A program made the translations under genes and the position numbers. A stretch of DNA of 38,022 nt. It comes from Bacteroidota bacterium (GTDB lineage: Bacteria > Bacteroidota > Ignavibacteria > SZUA-365 > JAADGX01). Each line of letters begins with the position of its first letter. The stretch's first letter is position 1. Of the stretch, positions 24,324 to 37,391 are shown in pieces. A model generated the notes under the pieces. It was given only the letters and a program-made list of their open reading frames with translations, had not been told where the DNA came from and searched no databases. The stretch lies in contig JALUUP010000326.1 of assembly GCA_027021285.1 (NCBI GenBank), positions 1-38,022 on the forward strand. The letters are read 5' to 3'.

Positions 24324-26357
24324 ATGTCGAAGTTTTCGTTGAAATCCTACACTCAGAGGAAAATCGATTACTTGCATTACAGGATCGACCAATATTTCAG
24401 TTCCCGGTTCGCGCTCCAGCTTTTCATCGCCTTCCTTCTCGTGCTGGCAGCGCTTGGAATATTTTACATCATCGCCTTGTTCCTTAACGTCGATCCTGGC
24501 GGACAATTATCGTTATTGTGGTGGGTTTCAAACCACTTGCTCGATTCATACTGGGAGGAGGCGGGCGTTGTCGAGCAGGTACTCGCCACGTTGTTGACCT
24601 TGTTCAACTTTCTGGTTTTTGCCACTGTCATCGGCTTGGTGGCGTCCAAGGTGCAGCTTCGACTCGAGTCGATGAAGTATGGAGTCTCCACCATCTACGA
24701 ACGAAATCATATCGTTATCATCGGCTGGAGCGCAAAGGTCTTTTCGATCATCAGCGAATTACAGCAAGGCCTGGAACACGAGCATCCGGTTTTCGCCGTC
24801 CTTACTCGACACGATCCGGAGGAAACCGAGAAAGCCTTGAAGCGTAAATTCAAACCTTACCGTCGAAATAGACGACGGCAACCGTTACCTCACGTAAAAT
24901 GGATCGTCCGCCAGGGCTCACCCACATCCATCGACGACCTCGAAATGCTTTCTCTGCACGAAGCGCGGGCCATCATCGTTCTTCATCCCGATGAGTCCGG
25001 ATTCAGCGGCGACAGCCAGGTCATCAAAACAGTCATGGCCGTGCGGAACGTCCTTTCGGGATATGACGATCATTCGGTGAAGACCCTCATCGCGGAAATC
25101 GATTCGCTCGCCTTGAAACCCCAAGTCGAAGCAGCCGCGGTCGATCTTCCCATAAATATTATTCAGTCGTCCGATCTCCTGGGAAAAATCATACTCCAGG
25201 CCGCCCGTCAGAAGAACCTGGTTGATGTGTACAATGAATTGCTCACACACGAAGGGAATGAATTCTACCATGTCCCGGTGGAAGATGGGTCGCCGCTTAT
25301 CGGTAAACCCTGGGCCGACATCGTTTCCGCATTTCCGCGGGCTATCCCGATCGGCATACGTAAAACCGGGAAATCGACCGACTGGACTTCCCCAAACGGG
25401 TTGAAACTTCTCCCCCACGTCCAGCCGGATTTCGTTCTGACTCCTGGAAACGCCCTCGTCGTCATCGCACCCGATGCAACGGCAGCCGGCGAAATAACGA
25501 AACCGCGACCGGTGAATGATGCGCTCCGCAAGCCTGATGTCGAAACCGAGGACTCAATGAGCCAACGGGTGTCTTCGCTCCTGGTGCTTGGATACAACGA
25601 GAAAGCCATTCCTATGCTTCAAGAGTTCGCTGGATATGCCCAGGATATCGACAAGAAGTTTTTTGCAACGCTGGTCAGCCCGTTTCTACCTTCGAACATC
25701 GAGCGCATGCTTTCCACCTCTGCTCCTGGAAGAGAGGCGATTTCCAGCCATCTCGATCTTACCTATCGACGCGAAGAGTACATGCTGCCGGAATTTATTG
25801 ACTCGCTCGATGTGGATCGATTTGATGCAGTCGTCGTCCTTGGCGAGCATGGTCCTGGCGCCACCACCGAGGAAGCGGACACCAGGGTGATTATGACGCT
25901 TCTCCTCCTCCGCCATGCCCGCCAGGCCTCCGCCGGAACAGGAAAAGCCGCACATACTCACCAGCAGATCGTGTACGAGATTCTGGATCCCGCAAACAAG
26001 GAGTTGGCATTGACGTCCGAATATGCCGAGGACGTTATAATCAGCAACAACGTTATCAGCAATCTCATCGCCCAAATCTGCCGCGATCCACTGATCTCGG
26101 AAATTATCGAAGACCTTCTGAATCGTGAAGGCGCTGAAATATATCTGAAACCTGCTTCCCTGTACAGAAATGGCAATGAACTGACGTTCGAGGCTATTCT
26201 GAACGCTTCTCTCCATCGAAACGAAACCGCTATTGGTTTGGCTTACTCACGGGATATCACTCCCGGTCGACATATCATCATCAATCCTCCCAAGGGTTTC
26301 GGTATCCAAATCGACCATGAGACGCACGTCATTGTACTGGCGGAAACGGAATTGTAA
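24324..26357 (+). CDS. CASTOR/POLLUX-like putative ion channel (2-TM pore module plus tandem RCK-like domains)
   Basis: Two hydrophobic helices flank LSLLWWVSNHLLDSYW. The first RCK-like domain then starts at NHIVIIGWSAKVFSIISEL and includes ARAIIVL and FPRAIPIGIRK. A second RCK-like half follows (SLLVLGYNEKAIPMLQEF, FDAVVVLGE). Domain order and motifs parallel plant CASTOR/POLLUX/DMI1, from memory. Confidence 0.75.
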   Translation: MSKFSLKSYTQRKIDYLHYRIDQYFSSRFALQLFIAFLLVLAALGIFYIIALFLNVDPGGQLSLLWWVSNHLLDSYWEEAGVVEQVLATLLTLFNFLVFATVIGLVASKVQLRLESMKYGVSTIYERNHIVIIGWSAKVFSIISELQQGLEHEHPVFAVLTRHDPEETEKALKRKFKPYRRNRRRQPLPHVKWIVRQGSPTSIDDLEMLSLHEARAIIVLHPDESGFSGDSQVIKTVMAVRNVLSGYDDHSVKTLIAEIDSLALKPQVEAAAVDLPINIIQSSDLLGKIILQAARQKNLVDVYNELLTHEGNEFYHVPVEDGSPLIGKPWADIVSAFPRAIPIGIRKTGKSTDWTSPNGLKLLPHVQPDFVLTPGNALVVIAPDATAAGEITKPRPVNDALRKPDVETEDSMSQRVSSLLVLGYNEKAIPMLQEFAGYAQDIDKKFFATLVSPFLPSNIERMLSTSAPGREAISSHLDLTYRREEYMLPEFIDSLDVDRFDAVVVLGEHGPGATTEEADTRVIMTLLLLRHARQASAGTGKAAHTHQQIVYEILDPANKELALTSEYAEDVIISNNVISNLIAQICRDPLISEIIEDLLNREGAEIYLKPASLYRNGNELTFEAILNASLHRNETAIGLAYSRDITPGRHIIINPPKGFGIQIDHETHVIVLAETEL

Positions 26358-26436
26358 GGCGGCTATCATTGCAAATACTATGGTAATGTCCTACATTAAA
26401 TGAATATATTTTGTTCGTTGACAACAGGGATTATTC

Positions 26437-29125
<2,689 letters not shown>

Positions 29126-29247
29126 CGCCGGACAAATCCCGCTTCGTATCCCGATGACGCCGTTCGGACGAAGTACACTCGACAAGATCGTAAAGCCTGG
29201 TTTAACCATTCCCGCCTCATGAATCATTCATTTGGATAGTAGAAGCC

Positions 29248-30321
29248 ATGCCTGACAATCTCCTGGACGGCCTCAGGAAGTCTTTCCCATCGTTGAAGAT
29301 CGACGCAATGGTTATTACCCACCCGCCGCACATCCGGTTGTTCACGGGATTCTCCGGGTCAAACGCGTTGCTCGCGGTAACACGAACAAAGGGCCTGCTT
29401 CTCACCGACCCCCGCTACGAGCTCCAAGTGCAACGCGAAGTGCGGAACGTACAGGCACTGGTAGTACACGATGGGAATTTCCTGGAATTACTCAAAAAGA
29501 AAGCCTGGTTCAAGGCTTGTCGCTCCATCGGTTTTGACCGTGATCGCACGAGCTATCACACGGCCGCATTGTTGAAAAGAATCGTGAAACCGGCGCGAGT
29601 GAAGCCGTTGAGCCGCGTGTGCGAACCCCTGGCCGAACGGAAAAATCAATCCGCCGCCAAGGCGTTGACCAAGGCCGCCGCGATTGCGGACCGGGTATTT
29701 CAGCGACTCCTGTCGGTTATTTCTCCGGGAATGACGGAGCGTGAAATCGCAGCGGAGATATCGTATTTTCTCCGGCAGGAAGGTGCGGACAGCGATGCGT
29801 TCGAACCTATTGTCGTATCCGGTCCCAACAGCGCACTCGTTCATGGAACGCCGTCGAACAGGAAGCTGCGTCCAGGTGACGCGGTACTTTTAGATTTCGG
29901 CGCACGGTATCGCGGGTATCACAGCGATATAAGCCGTACGGTTTTCATGGGAGCCGTCAAACCGAAACTGCGAGCTGTCTACGACGCCGTCCTTGAATCC
30001 CAGGAAACAGCTATTGCCTCTGTTGCCCCCGGAGTTCGCGCCCGGACCGTGTATGATCTCGCGTATGGCGTCCTGAAACGTTACGGCTTCGCCGACTATT
30101 TCAACCACGGACTCGGCCACGGCCTGGGCCTGGAAGTTCACGAATCCCCTCGCATATCGCGTGATACGACGGATATACTGGATGAGGGAATGGTGTTCAC
30201 CATCGAACCGGGAGTGTACATCCCACGAATCGGGGGAGTGAGAATTGAAGACGATATCCTCGTGACGGCAAAGGGAAACAACGTGCTCACGAAATCCCCC
30301 AAATCGCTTATTGTCCTCTGA
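29248..30321 (+). CDS. M24 family metallopeptidase (Xaa-Pro aminopeptidase/dipeptidase)
   Basis: DFGARYRGYHSDISRT, HGLGHGLGLEVHE and GMVFTIEPGVY...GVRIEDDI are the pita-bread-fold metal ligand motifs. Confidence 0.9.
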   Translation: MPDNLLDGLRKSFPSLKIDAMVITHPPHIRLFTGFSGSNALLAVTRTKGLLLTDPRYELQVQREVRNVQALVVHDGNFLELLKKKAWFKACRSIGFDRDRTSYHTAALLKRIVKPARVKPLSRVCEPLAERKNQSAAKALTKAAAIADRVFQRLLSVISPGMTEREIAAEISYFLRQEGADSDAFEPIVVSGPNSALVHGTPSNRKLRPGDAVLLDFGARYRGYHSDISRTVFMGAVKPKLRAVYDAVLESQETAIASVAPGVRARTVYDLAYGVLKRYGFADYFNHGLGHGLGLEVHESPRISRDTTDILDEGMVFTIEPGVYIPRIGGVRIEDDILVTAKGNNVLTKSPKSLIVL

Positions 30322-30330
30322 CACGTTACA

Positions 30331-31683
30331 TTGCGGAACGTGCTCGTCATAGCGTATTACTTCCCTCCTCTCGGCTTGAGCGGAGTCCAGCGAACATTGA
30401 AATTCGTCAAGTATCTCCCCTCCTTCGGGTGGAAACCGACCGTACTCACGGTCGAGCCGCGCGCGTATTTCGCACATGATTCAACTCTTTTATACGACCT
30501 TGATTCCTCCGGAATTGAAATTATCCGTACCCCGTCCCTTGATCCGCTCCATGTCTTCCGGAAAAAAGGTACGGTGCCCATGCCAAACGAGGCGACCTAC
30601 AAGTTCCTGACGCTTCTGAACCAGGCGGTGTTCATCCCTGACAGCAAGGTAGGATGGAAGCGTTACGCCTTGCGGAAGGGAACGGAATTATTAAGCAACG
30701 GCTCGTTCCATGCGATGTTCGCAACCGCTCCTCCGTACACCGATCTTCTCATCGCCAGGGATTTGAAAAAACGATTCAACATTCCCATGGTGCTGGATTA
30801 CCGCGATGCGTGGCTCGCCAACCCGCTGCACCGCTATATTACTCCGTTTCACAGGGCAATACATCGACGCATGGAAGATTCGGTTCTGCGCGAAGCGGAC
30901 GCCGTCGTCACCATAAACCGCACCATCAAGGAGTTGATTCTCACCCGTTACCGGCACCTGACGTACAACGATATTACGATCATTCCCCAGGGATACGATG
31001 CGGACGACTTTGCCCATGTCACACCGAGGAGAAGTTCCAGGATGCGGATTACGTACTCGGGAACATTCTATCACAACCGTACTCCGCGCTACATGATCGA
31101 GGCCGTTCGACGTTTTCTGGACAAGGTTCCTGAAGCCGCCGATAAATCCGAGCTCTGCTTCGTCGGACAGTTCAGGGACGAAAACCTCTCGTTTCTGCGC
31201 AAGCATCGACTGGAGGAAAACGTGGTGGTCACAGGGTATCTTCCGCACACGGAAGCCGTGGCATACCTTGCCGGTTCCGATGTCTTATGGATGATGCTTG
31301 GCGGAGACAAGGGCGATGAAATGATCTCCACCGGCAAGTTGTTCGAATACCTCGGCGCCCGGAAACCGATCCTGGGCTGCGTCCCCCCGGGCGAAGCCCG
31401 AACGATCATCGAGGAATCCGGCGCCGGCTTCATCACCGATCCCACCGATGTCGATGAAATTGCGAAAACACTCGAACACCTGTTTTCACTATACCAACGC
31501 AACGCTTTGCCTCGACCCCGCGAGGATTTCGTGCAACAGTTCGAGCGAAAAACATTAACGGGACATCTCGCCTATGTACTGAGCACCTTGCTGTCTATCG
31601 GCGACGAAACAGGCGGCGCCGTGCAGAAAAAGTCACCCGCTGCATGGAATGACAAAAAAGAACCCGACGATGCCGAGATATAA
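30331..31683 (+). CDS. Glycosyltransferase, GT4-like (GT-B fold)
   Basis: TTG start, with an in-frame GTG at 30340 as an alternative. The N-terminus VLVIAYYFPPLGLSGVQRTLKFVKYL and the C-terminal EYLGARKPILG...GFITDP resemble GT4 enzymes. The substrate is unknown. Confidence 0.78.
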   Translation: MRNVLVIAYYFPPLGLSGVQRTLKFVKYLPSFGWKPTVLTVEPRAYFAHDSTLLYDLDSSGIEIIRTPSLDPLHVFRKKGTVPMPNEATYKFLTLLNQAVFIPDSKVGWKRYALRKGTELLSNGSFHAMFATAPPYTDLLIARDLKKRFNIPMVLDYRDAWLANPLHRYITPFHRAIHRRMEDSVLREADAVVTINRTIKELILTRYRHLTYNDITIIPQGYDADDFAHVTPRRSSRMRITYSGTFYHNRTPRYMIEAVRRFLDKVPEAADKSELCFVGQFRDENLSFLRKHRLEENVVVTGYLPHTEAVAYLAGSDVLWMMLGGDKGDEMISTGKLFEYLGARKPILGCVPPGEARTIIEESGAGFITDPTDVDEIAKTLEHLFSLYQRNALPRPREDFVQQFERKTLTGHLAYVLSTLLSIGDETGGAVQKKSPAAWNDKKEPDDAEI

Positions 31684-31793
31684 ATCGACTTCACGCGTAT
31701 TTTTGTCATGAGCCGACAGAAGTTTTTTCCCTGAAACTGAATCGTGTAACTTGGTAGCAGAAAAATGTAGCACAGGAAAGTCTTGAGTCAAGA

Positions 31794-33080
31794 ATGAACA
31801 TACTCGTCATAGGCAAGGGAGGGCGCGAGCATGCCATTATCTGGAAACTTCGCCAGAGTCCGCAGGTGGATTTTATGTACTGCGCGCCCGGTAATGCCGG
31901 AATCAGCCAGCTGGCAACCTGCGTCGATATCAAGGAAACCGATATCGAGGGGTTGAAAAAGTTCGTCAGGAAGAACAGTGTTGACCTGACGATCGTGGGA
32001 CCCGAAGCGCCTCTCGCCGTGGGCATCGTGGATGAATTCCAGAGCGACGGGCTCGTTATCTTCGGCCCCACCCGTGCCGCGGCACGCCTCGAGACCAGCA
32101 AAGCGTTCGCCAAGGATTTTATGAAACGGCACGAGATACCCACAGCCGATTACAAGGTCTTTCGAAAACCTGATTTCGAAAAAGCGCGATCGTACCTTCA
32201 GTCCGCGTCCTACCCTATCGTCCTGAAAGCTGACGGTCTGGCGGCGGGAAAAGGTGTTGTTATCGCTGACGACTACGCCGACGCCGTAACCGGTCTCGAG
32301 GAGATGATGCTTGGCGGCGCTTTCGGGTCGGCTGGCGAAACAGTTGTGATCGAGGAATTCCTCTACGGTGTCGAGGCGTCCGTTTTCGCCATTACCGACG
32401 GGAAGACATTCGCCACACTTGCGCCAGCCCAGGATCACAAGCGCATATTTGACGGGGACAAGGGAAAAAACACGGGCGGCATGGGAGCCTACGCACCCGC
32501 CCCTGCGGTCAAACCGGAAATACTCTCCCAGGTCAAACTGAATATTATCAAGCCAGTTCTCCGCGGCATGAAAAAAGAAGGGACACCTTACCGGGGAACG
32601 TTGTACTGCGGATTGATGCTGACCGACAAAGGACCGAAAGTCATGGAATTCAACTGCCGGTTCGGCGACCCGGAAACGCAAGTTGTTTTGCCGCTTATCG
32701 ACGATGATCTGGCGGACATCCTCTACCAGGCTGCTATCGGAAAGCTCCGGCGCTCGCGCGTCAAAATGCATGACGCCTGCGCCGTGTGCGTCATCATGGC
32801 GTCGAGCGGCTATCCTGATTCCTATGAAACAGGCAAATTGATTTCCGGCCTCGAGAGCATCGACGAGATGGAGGACGGGATGGCTGTCTTTCACGCCGGC
32901 ACCACGCTCAAGCGGGGTAAGTTCTATACCTCGGGAGGGCGGGTATTGGGTGTGACCGCAATCGGAAGAAAGAACGAGCTGCGTGAAACCATCATCACGG
33001 CTTACAACGGCGTTCAGCGTATCATCTTCGACGGCGCCTATTACCGCACGGACATCGGCGCCAAGGCCTTCGACTCCTGA
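31794..33080 (+). CDS. purD: Phosphoribosylamine--glycine ligase
   Basis: MNILVIGKGGREHAIIWKL, an ATP-grasp core (VLKADGLAAGKGV, EFNCRFGDPE), and GGRVLGVTA. Confidence 0.97.
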   Translation: MNILVIGKGGREHAIIWKLRQSPQVDFMYCAPGNAGISQLATCVDIKETDIEGLKKFVRKNSVDLTIVGPEAPLAVGIVDEFQSDGLVIFGPTRAAARLETSKAFAKDFMKRHEIPTADYKVFRKPDFEKARSYLQSASYPIVLKADGLAAGKGVVIADDYADAVTGLEEMMLGGAFGSAGETVVIEEFLYGVEASVFAITDGKTFATLAPAQDHKRIFDGDKGKNTGGMGAYAPAPAVKPEILSQVKLNIIKPVLRGMKKEGTPYRGTLYCGLMLTDKGPKVMEFNCRFGDPETQVVLPLIDDDLADILYQAAIGKLRRSRVKMHDACAVCVIMASSGYPDSYETGKLISGLESIDEMEDGMAVFHAGTTLKRGKFYTSGGRVLGVTAIGRKNELRETIITAYNGVQRIIFDGAYYRTDIGAKAFDS

Positions 33081-33085
33081 TTCAC

Positions 33086-33994
33086 ATGCCTCGCCCACCC
33101 ACGAGCCCCGTTTTCCATTCAAAGCCCGTTGTCTGGCGACGGGAAGAATTCTGGCAGCGACCGATGGAGTTTTCCCATCCCGACGAAATTCCGGGACAGG
33201 ATTTACCCTGGTCGGAAGACTGGTTTTCGAGCCAGACACTGAAAGACATGCTTGATCCTGAAACCGACATCGGAACCAGGCCGATGGATCGCGTCGAGAT
33301 GGAATCCCGCTGGCTCCTGTCCATGTTCGAGGAACCACGAAAGCACCACCTCCTTGACGTCGGGTGCGGACCGGGATTGTACGCGGAAGTCTTTTCACGA
33401 GCAGGCATGAAAGTTACGGGTATCGATCCCTCCCCTGCGGCGATCGAGTACGCGCGCGCGTCCGCAGCAAAAGCCGGCCTGAACATTACGTACGTGTGCG
33501 GTTCGATTTCCGAGCACGACGCGACAAACGCATACACCGCCGTATTTGCCAATTACGGCTTTATCAATAATCTGCATCCCGCCCTTGGCCGAGCCAGCAT
33601 GGAGGCCATGTATCGAGCGCTTGCACCCGACGGCGTGGCAGTGTTCGAATTACTCCACCCCGCCACACTCAATCAATTCGCGCCGCTCCTGTGGGAAACG
33701 GTTGACACATCCTACTTCAGCTCCCGGCCGCACCTCTATTTACAGGAAATGGTAAGCGTATCCGCAACTTCCTGCCACGCCTTCCTGACCTACGTTTTCG
33801 ATCCGGACCACCCCAATGCCATCAGGGTCTTCCGCTACTTTTTCGTAGCGTACACAAATTCAGAATTCAAGGATTTGCTCTACGCGTGCGGGTTCGACAC
33901 GCTGCAAAGCCACGACTACCGGGAGGTAATTATCGACCCGGGCGACATTCGATCCACGTTTTACGTGGCAAGGACGCGAAAAAGCAGAGAGTGA
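33086..33994 (+). CDS. Class I SAM-dependent methyltransferase
   Basis: Motif I HLLDVGCGPGLYAEVF, followed by VTGIDPSPAAIEYA. The start is uncertain, since several in-frame Met codons lie in the first 70 aa. Substrate unknown. Confidence 0.78.
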   Translation: MPRPPTSPVFHSKPVVWRREEFWQRPMEFSHPDEIPGQDLPWSEDWFSSQTLKDMLDPETDIGTRPMDRVEMESRWLLSMFEEPRKHHLLDVGCGPGLYAEVFSRAGMKVTGIDPSPAAIEYARASAAKAGLNITYVCGSISEHDATNAYTAVFANYGFINNLHPALGRASMEAMYRALAPDGVAVFELLHPATLNQFAPLLWETVDTSYFSSRPHLYLQEMVSVSATSCHAFLTYVFDPDHPNAIRVFRYFFVAYTNSEFKDLLYACGFDTLQSHDYREVIIDPGDIRSTFYVARTRKSRE

Positions 33995-34033
33995 ATTTGC
34001 GTGTTTGGTGGATTTCCTTTGATCAGAGGTATA

Positions 34034-34465
34034 TCAGGCTCTCATGATGTAATCGCGAAGATAGTGGACATGGTGTTCGCTTTCATGCAATTGCGATTTC
34101 ACGACGTCTCCGATAGATATCAATCCGACAACGTTCTGTCCGTCCAGGATGGGAAGATGTCGGATTTTCTTCTCTGTCATCACCGCCATGACCGCATCGA
34201 TATCGTCATCAGGAGTGCCGATGATAACGTCTTTCGTCATGTACGATTCCACCGGCGCAGTCGCGACGGCTGTCACATCGGAGTTGCACAGACGGAGAAT
34301 ATCCCGTTCGGAAATAATACCGACAATTTTTTCGTCGTCGGTTACCAACAGCGAACCAATATTATATTCAACCAACATTTGGATTGCTTCCTTGATGGTA
34401 TTCCGCGGACCGATACAACGGACGGTGGAGTCTTTCTTTCTCAGGATATCTTTTACTTTCATCAT
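34034..34465 (-). CDS. CBS domain pair protein
   Basis: Two CBS motifs (VKDILRKK...IGSLLVTDDEKIVGIISERDILR and VESYMTKDV...IRHLPILDGQNVVGLISIGDVV). AAGGAG lies 4-7 nt upstream of tandem ATGs at 34465/34462. The ORF-track start 34468 is TTG. Confidence 0.85.
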   Translation of the reverse strand: MMKVKDILRKKDSTVRCIGPRNTIKEAIQMLVEYNIGSLLVTDDEKIVGIISERDILRLCNSDVTAVATAPVESYMTKDVIIGTPDDDIDAVMAVMTEKKIRHLPILDGQNVVGLISIGDVVKSQLHESEHHVHYLRDYIMRA

Positions 34466-34625
34466 CAATCTCCTTCTATTGATGGGTTACCGGTGCGTCG
34501 TGGATCATGAGAATTCTTGGCTAATGATAGCACATCCCCCGCGGAATCGCAACCGCCAGATGCTCCTGATTTAAATCCCAACAAGAAACATGGAGCCGTA
34601 ATTCCCGCGCAGCTTTCAGGGTACC

Positions 34626-34655
34626 TAATAAAAAGCCGGGGCACCCCTCCCGGCT
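34626..34655 (-). terminator. Rho-independent terminator of the sdhCAB operon
   Basis: On the minus strand the sequence reads AGCCGGG-aggggtgc-CCCGGCT followed by TTTTATTA. This is a 7-bp GC-rich stem with an 8-nt loop and a U-tract, lying 31 nt after the sdhB stop. Confidence 0.75.
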
Positions 34656-34685
34656 GAACATAGCATAGATGTCGGGGTAAACTTG

Positions 34686-35438
34686 CTATTCGAAATCCGC
34701 CGCGCAGAACGCTCCCATATACTCCCTGTTCACAAGAGCGATGAAATCGATACTGACGCTCTTGGGGCACGCGGCTTCACATTCGCCGTGATTCGTACAG
34801 CCACCAAATCCCTCGGCCTCCATCGCTTCGATCATGTGGACTGCCCGGTTGAAACGTTCCGGTTTTCCCTGTGGCAGGAGGTTGAGATGGCCGATTTTTG
34901 CCGAGGTAAAGAGCATGGCAGAACCGTTGGGGCAAGCCGCGACACAGGCGCCGCATCCGATGCATGTCGCGGCATCCATGGATCGATCGGCGATTGGTTT
35001 GGGAACGGGTATCGTATTCGCATCTATGGCGCTGCCGGTCTTGCATGAAATGTACCCGCCCGCTTGAATGATGCGGTCGAACGCTGACCGGTCCACGATG
35101 AGATCTTTCATGACCGGGAAAGCGACGGAACGCCACGGTTCGATCACGATAGTGTCACCGTCCTTGAAATGTCGCATATAGAGTTCGCAGGTCGTCGTTC
35201 CTTTGGACGGACCGTGGGGAATGCCGTTTATCACGAGGCCGCACATTCCACAAATACCTTCACGGCAATCATTATCGAACGCGATCGGTGTTTCGCCCTT
35301 TGCAATCAAACTCTCATTCACGGTATCCAGCATTTCGAGGAACGACATGTCCTCGATGATGCCCTCTGCCTTGTATTCGGCGAATCCGCCCGACTGGTTG
35401 GGACCTTTTTGACGCCAGACTTTAAGCGTTACATTCAT
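34686..35438 (-). CDS. sdhB: Succinate dehydrogenase/fumarate reductase iron-sulfur subunit
   Basis: Cluster motifs [22 protein letters not shown] and [13 protein letters not shown] chose ATG 35438 ([10 protein letters not shown]). An in-frame TTG at 35453 is an alternative. Confidence 0.93.
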   Translation of the reverse strand: MNVTLKVWRQKGPNQSGGFAEYKAEGIIEDMSFLEMLDTVNESLIAKGETPIAFDNDCREGICGMCGLVINGIPHGPSKGTTTCELYMRHFKDGDTIVIEPWRSVAFPVMKDLIVDRSAFDRIIQAGGYISCKTGSAIDANTIPVPKPIADRSMDAATCIGCGACVAACPNGSAMLFTSAKIGHLNLLPQGKPERFNRAVHMIEAMEAEGFGGCTNHGECEAACPKSVSIDFIALVNREYMGAFCAADFE

Positions 35439-35477
35439 AGTGTTTACCGACAATCAATGACGAATTTCAATGAACAA

Positions 35478-37391
35478 TTATTTATAACTCCGCTGGGTAG
35501 GGGTAACGAACTCGAACTGAAGATGCTCTTTATGAAATATCGGCTTCGAGAATTCGCCTGAGTATTCCCACACAGAGACGTACGAAAATTCCTCGTCGTT
35601 GCGCAAGGCTTCTCCTTCAGGCGTCTGGTATTCCTCGCGGTAATGTGCTCCGCAGGATTCCTCGCGACCCAATGCATCGAGACACATGATTTCGGCGAGT
35701 TCCATGAATTCCGCAACCCTGCCTGCTTTTTCCAACGATTGGTTGATCTCTTCATTGTCACCGGGAACCTTGACATCGTTCCAGAATTCTTCCCGGAGTG
35801 CTGGAATGAGGGTCAGTGCTTTCTGCAGTCCTTCCTTGTTCCGCGACATGCCACAATAATCCCACACGATCTTCCCCAATTCTTTATGGAACGAATCAAC
35901 CGAGCGTGATCCATTGATAGAGAGAAGTTTTTTAACATTATCTGCCACATCATTCTCCACCGTACGGAATTCGTTCCCGTCAGCCGTTAGACCGTCGGGG
36001 CGATGCTCGGCCAGAAAGTCGCCTATTGTGTTGGGCAGTACGAAATACCCATCGGCCAGGCCCTGCATCAAGGCGCTGGCGCCGAGGCGATTGGCGCCGT
36101 GATCGGAGAAGTTCGCTTCGCCGATCACGTAAAGACCAGGGATGTTGCTCATGAGGTTGTAATCCACCCAGAGGCCGCCCATCGTATAGTGCGAAGCCGG
36201 ATAGATGCGCATGGGAACCTCGTAGGGATTCTCACCGGTGATGCGTTCGTACATTTCGAACAGGTTTCCATAACGTTCTTCGATGACTTTCTTTCCCAGC
36301 CGGTTGATGGCATCCCTGAAGTCGAGGTACACGCCAAGACCGGTGGCTCCCACACCGCGGCCTTCATCACAAACCATCTTGGCATTCCGCGAAGCGACAT
36401 CACGGGGAACGAGGTTGCCGAACGCCGGGTACCGCCGTTCCAGGTAGTAATCCCGTTCATCTTCCGGAATATCATTTGGTGGACGCTTGTCGCCAGGCTT
36501 TTTGGATACCCAGATTCGCCCGTCGTTGCGGAGAGATTCGCTCATGAGCGTGAGCTTGGACTGGTACTCATTGGAGACGGGAATACACGTCGGATGAATC
36601 TGTGTAAAACAGGGGTTGGCAAAAGCAGCGCCCCTCTTGTGCGCGCGCCATATAGCAGTGGTGTTGCATCCCTTGGCATTCGTGGAAAGGAAGAAAACGT
36701 TCCCGTATCCTCCGGTGGCCAGGACTACTGCATCGGCAGCGTACGACTGTATGTCCCCGGTTACCATGTCGCGAGTGACGATGCCGCGCGCGCGACCGTC
36801 AACGAGCACGAGGTCGAGCATCTCGGTACGCGTATGCATGGTAACTTTCCCTGCGGCGATCATGCGTTGCAACGCCTGGTACGCGCCGAGTAGCAACTGT
36901 TGTCCCGTTTGTCCCCTCGCGTAGAATGTCCGTGAAACCTGGGCTCCGCCGAACGACCGGTTGGCAAGCTGCCCGCCGTATTCGCGGGCAAAGGGAACCC
37001 CTTGAGCGACACATTGATCGATGATGTTACTGCTAACCTGGGCCAGACGATACACGTTCGCTTCGCGTGCCCGGTAATCTCCACCTTTGATGGTATCATA
37101 AAACAGACGCCAAATGCTGTCGTTGTCGTTCGGGTAATTCTTGGTGGCGTTGATACCGCCCTGGGCGGCGATACTATGTGCCCGGCGAGGGCTGTCCTGG
37201 TAACAGAAGCAATCAATATCGTATCCGAGTTCCGCCAGCGAGGCGGCGGCGGATGCACCACCCAACCCTGATCCAACAATGATGATCCTGTACTTCCGCT
37301 TATTGGCAGGCGACACGAGCTTGATACTGTTGAGATGGTTATCCCACTTCTCCGCCAGTGGTCCCGGTGGAATTTTAGCGTCCAGTTTCAT
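35478..37391 (-). CDS. sdhA: Succinate dehydrogenase/fumarate reductase flavoprotein subunit
   Basis: [19 protein letters not shown] (FAD dinucleotide fold) and [13 protein letters not shown] (FAD-linking His). 637 aa, the length class of B. subtilis/Bacteroides-type enzymes. Confidence 0.97.
   Translation of the reverse strand: MKLDAKIPPGPLAEKWDNHLNSIKLVSPANKRKYRIIIVGSGLGGASAAASLAELGYDIDCFCYQDSPRRAHSIAAQGGINATKNYPNDNDSIWRLFYDTIKGGDYRAREANVYRLAQVSSNIIDQCVAQGVPFAREYGGQLANRSFGGAQVSRTFYARGQTGQQLLLGAYQALQRMIAAGKVTMHTRTEMLDLVLVDGRARGIVTRDMVTGDIQSYAADAVVLATGGYGNVFFLSTNAKGCNTTAIWRAHKRGAAFANPCFTQIHPTCIPVSNEYQSKLTLMSESLRNDGRIWVSKKPGDKRPPNDIPEDERDYYLERRYPAFGNLVPRDVASRNAKMVCDEGRGVGATGLGVYLDFRDAINRLGKKVIEERYGNLFEMYERITGENPYEVPMRIYPASHYTMGGLWVDYNLMSNIPGLYVIGEANFSDHGANRLGASALMQGLADGYFVLPNTIGDFLAEHRPDGLTADGNEFRTVENDVADNVKKLLSINGSRSVDSFHKELGKIVWDYCGMSRNKEGLQKALTLIPALREEFWNDVKVPGDNEEINQSLEKAGRVAEFMELAEIMCLDALGREESCGAHYREEYQTPEGEALRNDEEFSYVSVWEYSGEFSKPIFHKEHLQFEFVTPTQRSYK

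Noticed and set aside
29219-29231. The palindrome ATGAATCATTCAT, 17 nt upstream of the M24 peptidase start. Also the 6-bp inverted repeat AGACAA-aa-TTGTCT at 11736-11749 upstream of gltX.
   Set aside because: With six paired positions, several such repeats are expected by chance in 38 kb. They are AT-rich and have no supporting second copy in the window.
34469-34685. The 217-bp gap between sdhB and the CBS gene, examined for a riboswitch or small RNA. Also the 101-aa ORF at 34465-34770.
   Set aside because: Apart from the sdh terminator and the CBS-gene RBS, I could not recognise any known riboswitch consensus or extended conserved-looking structure. The ORF overlaps the terminator and sdhB and has shadow-ORF composition.
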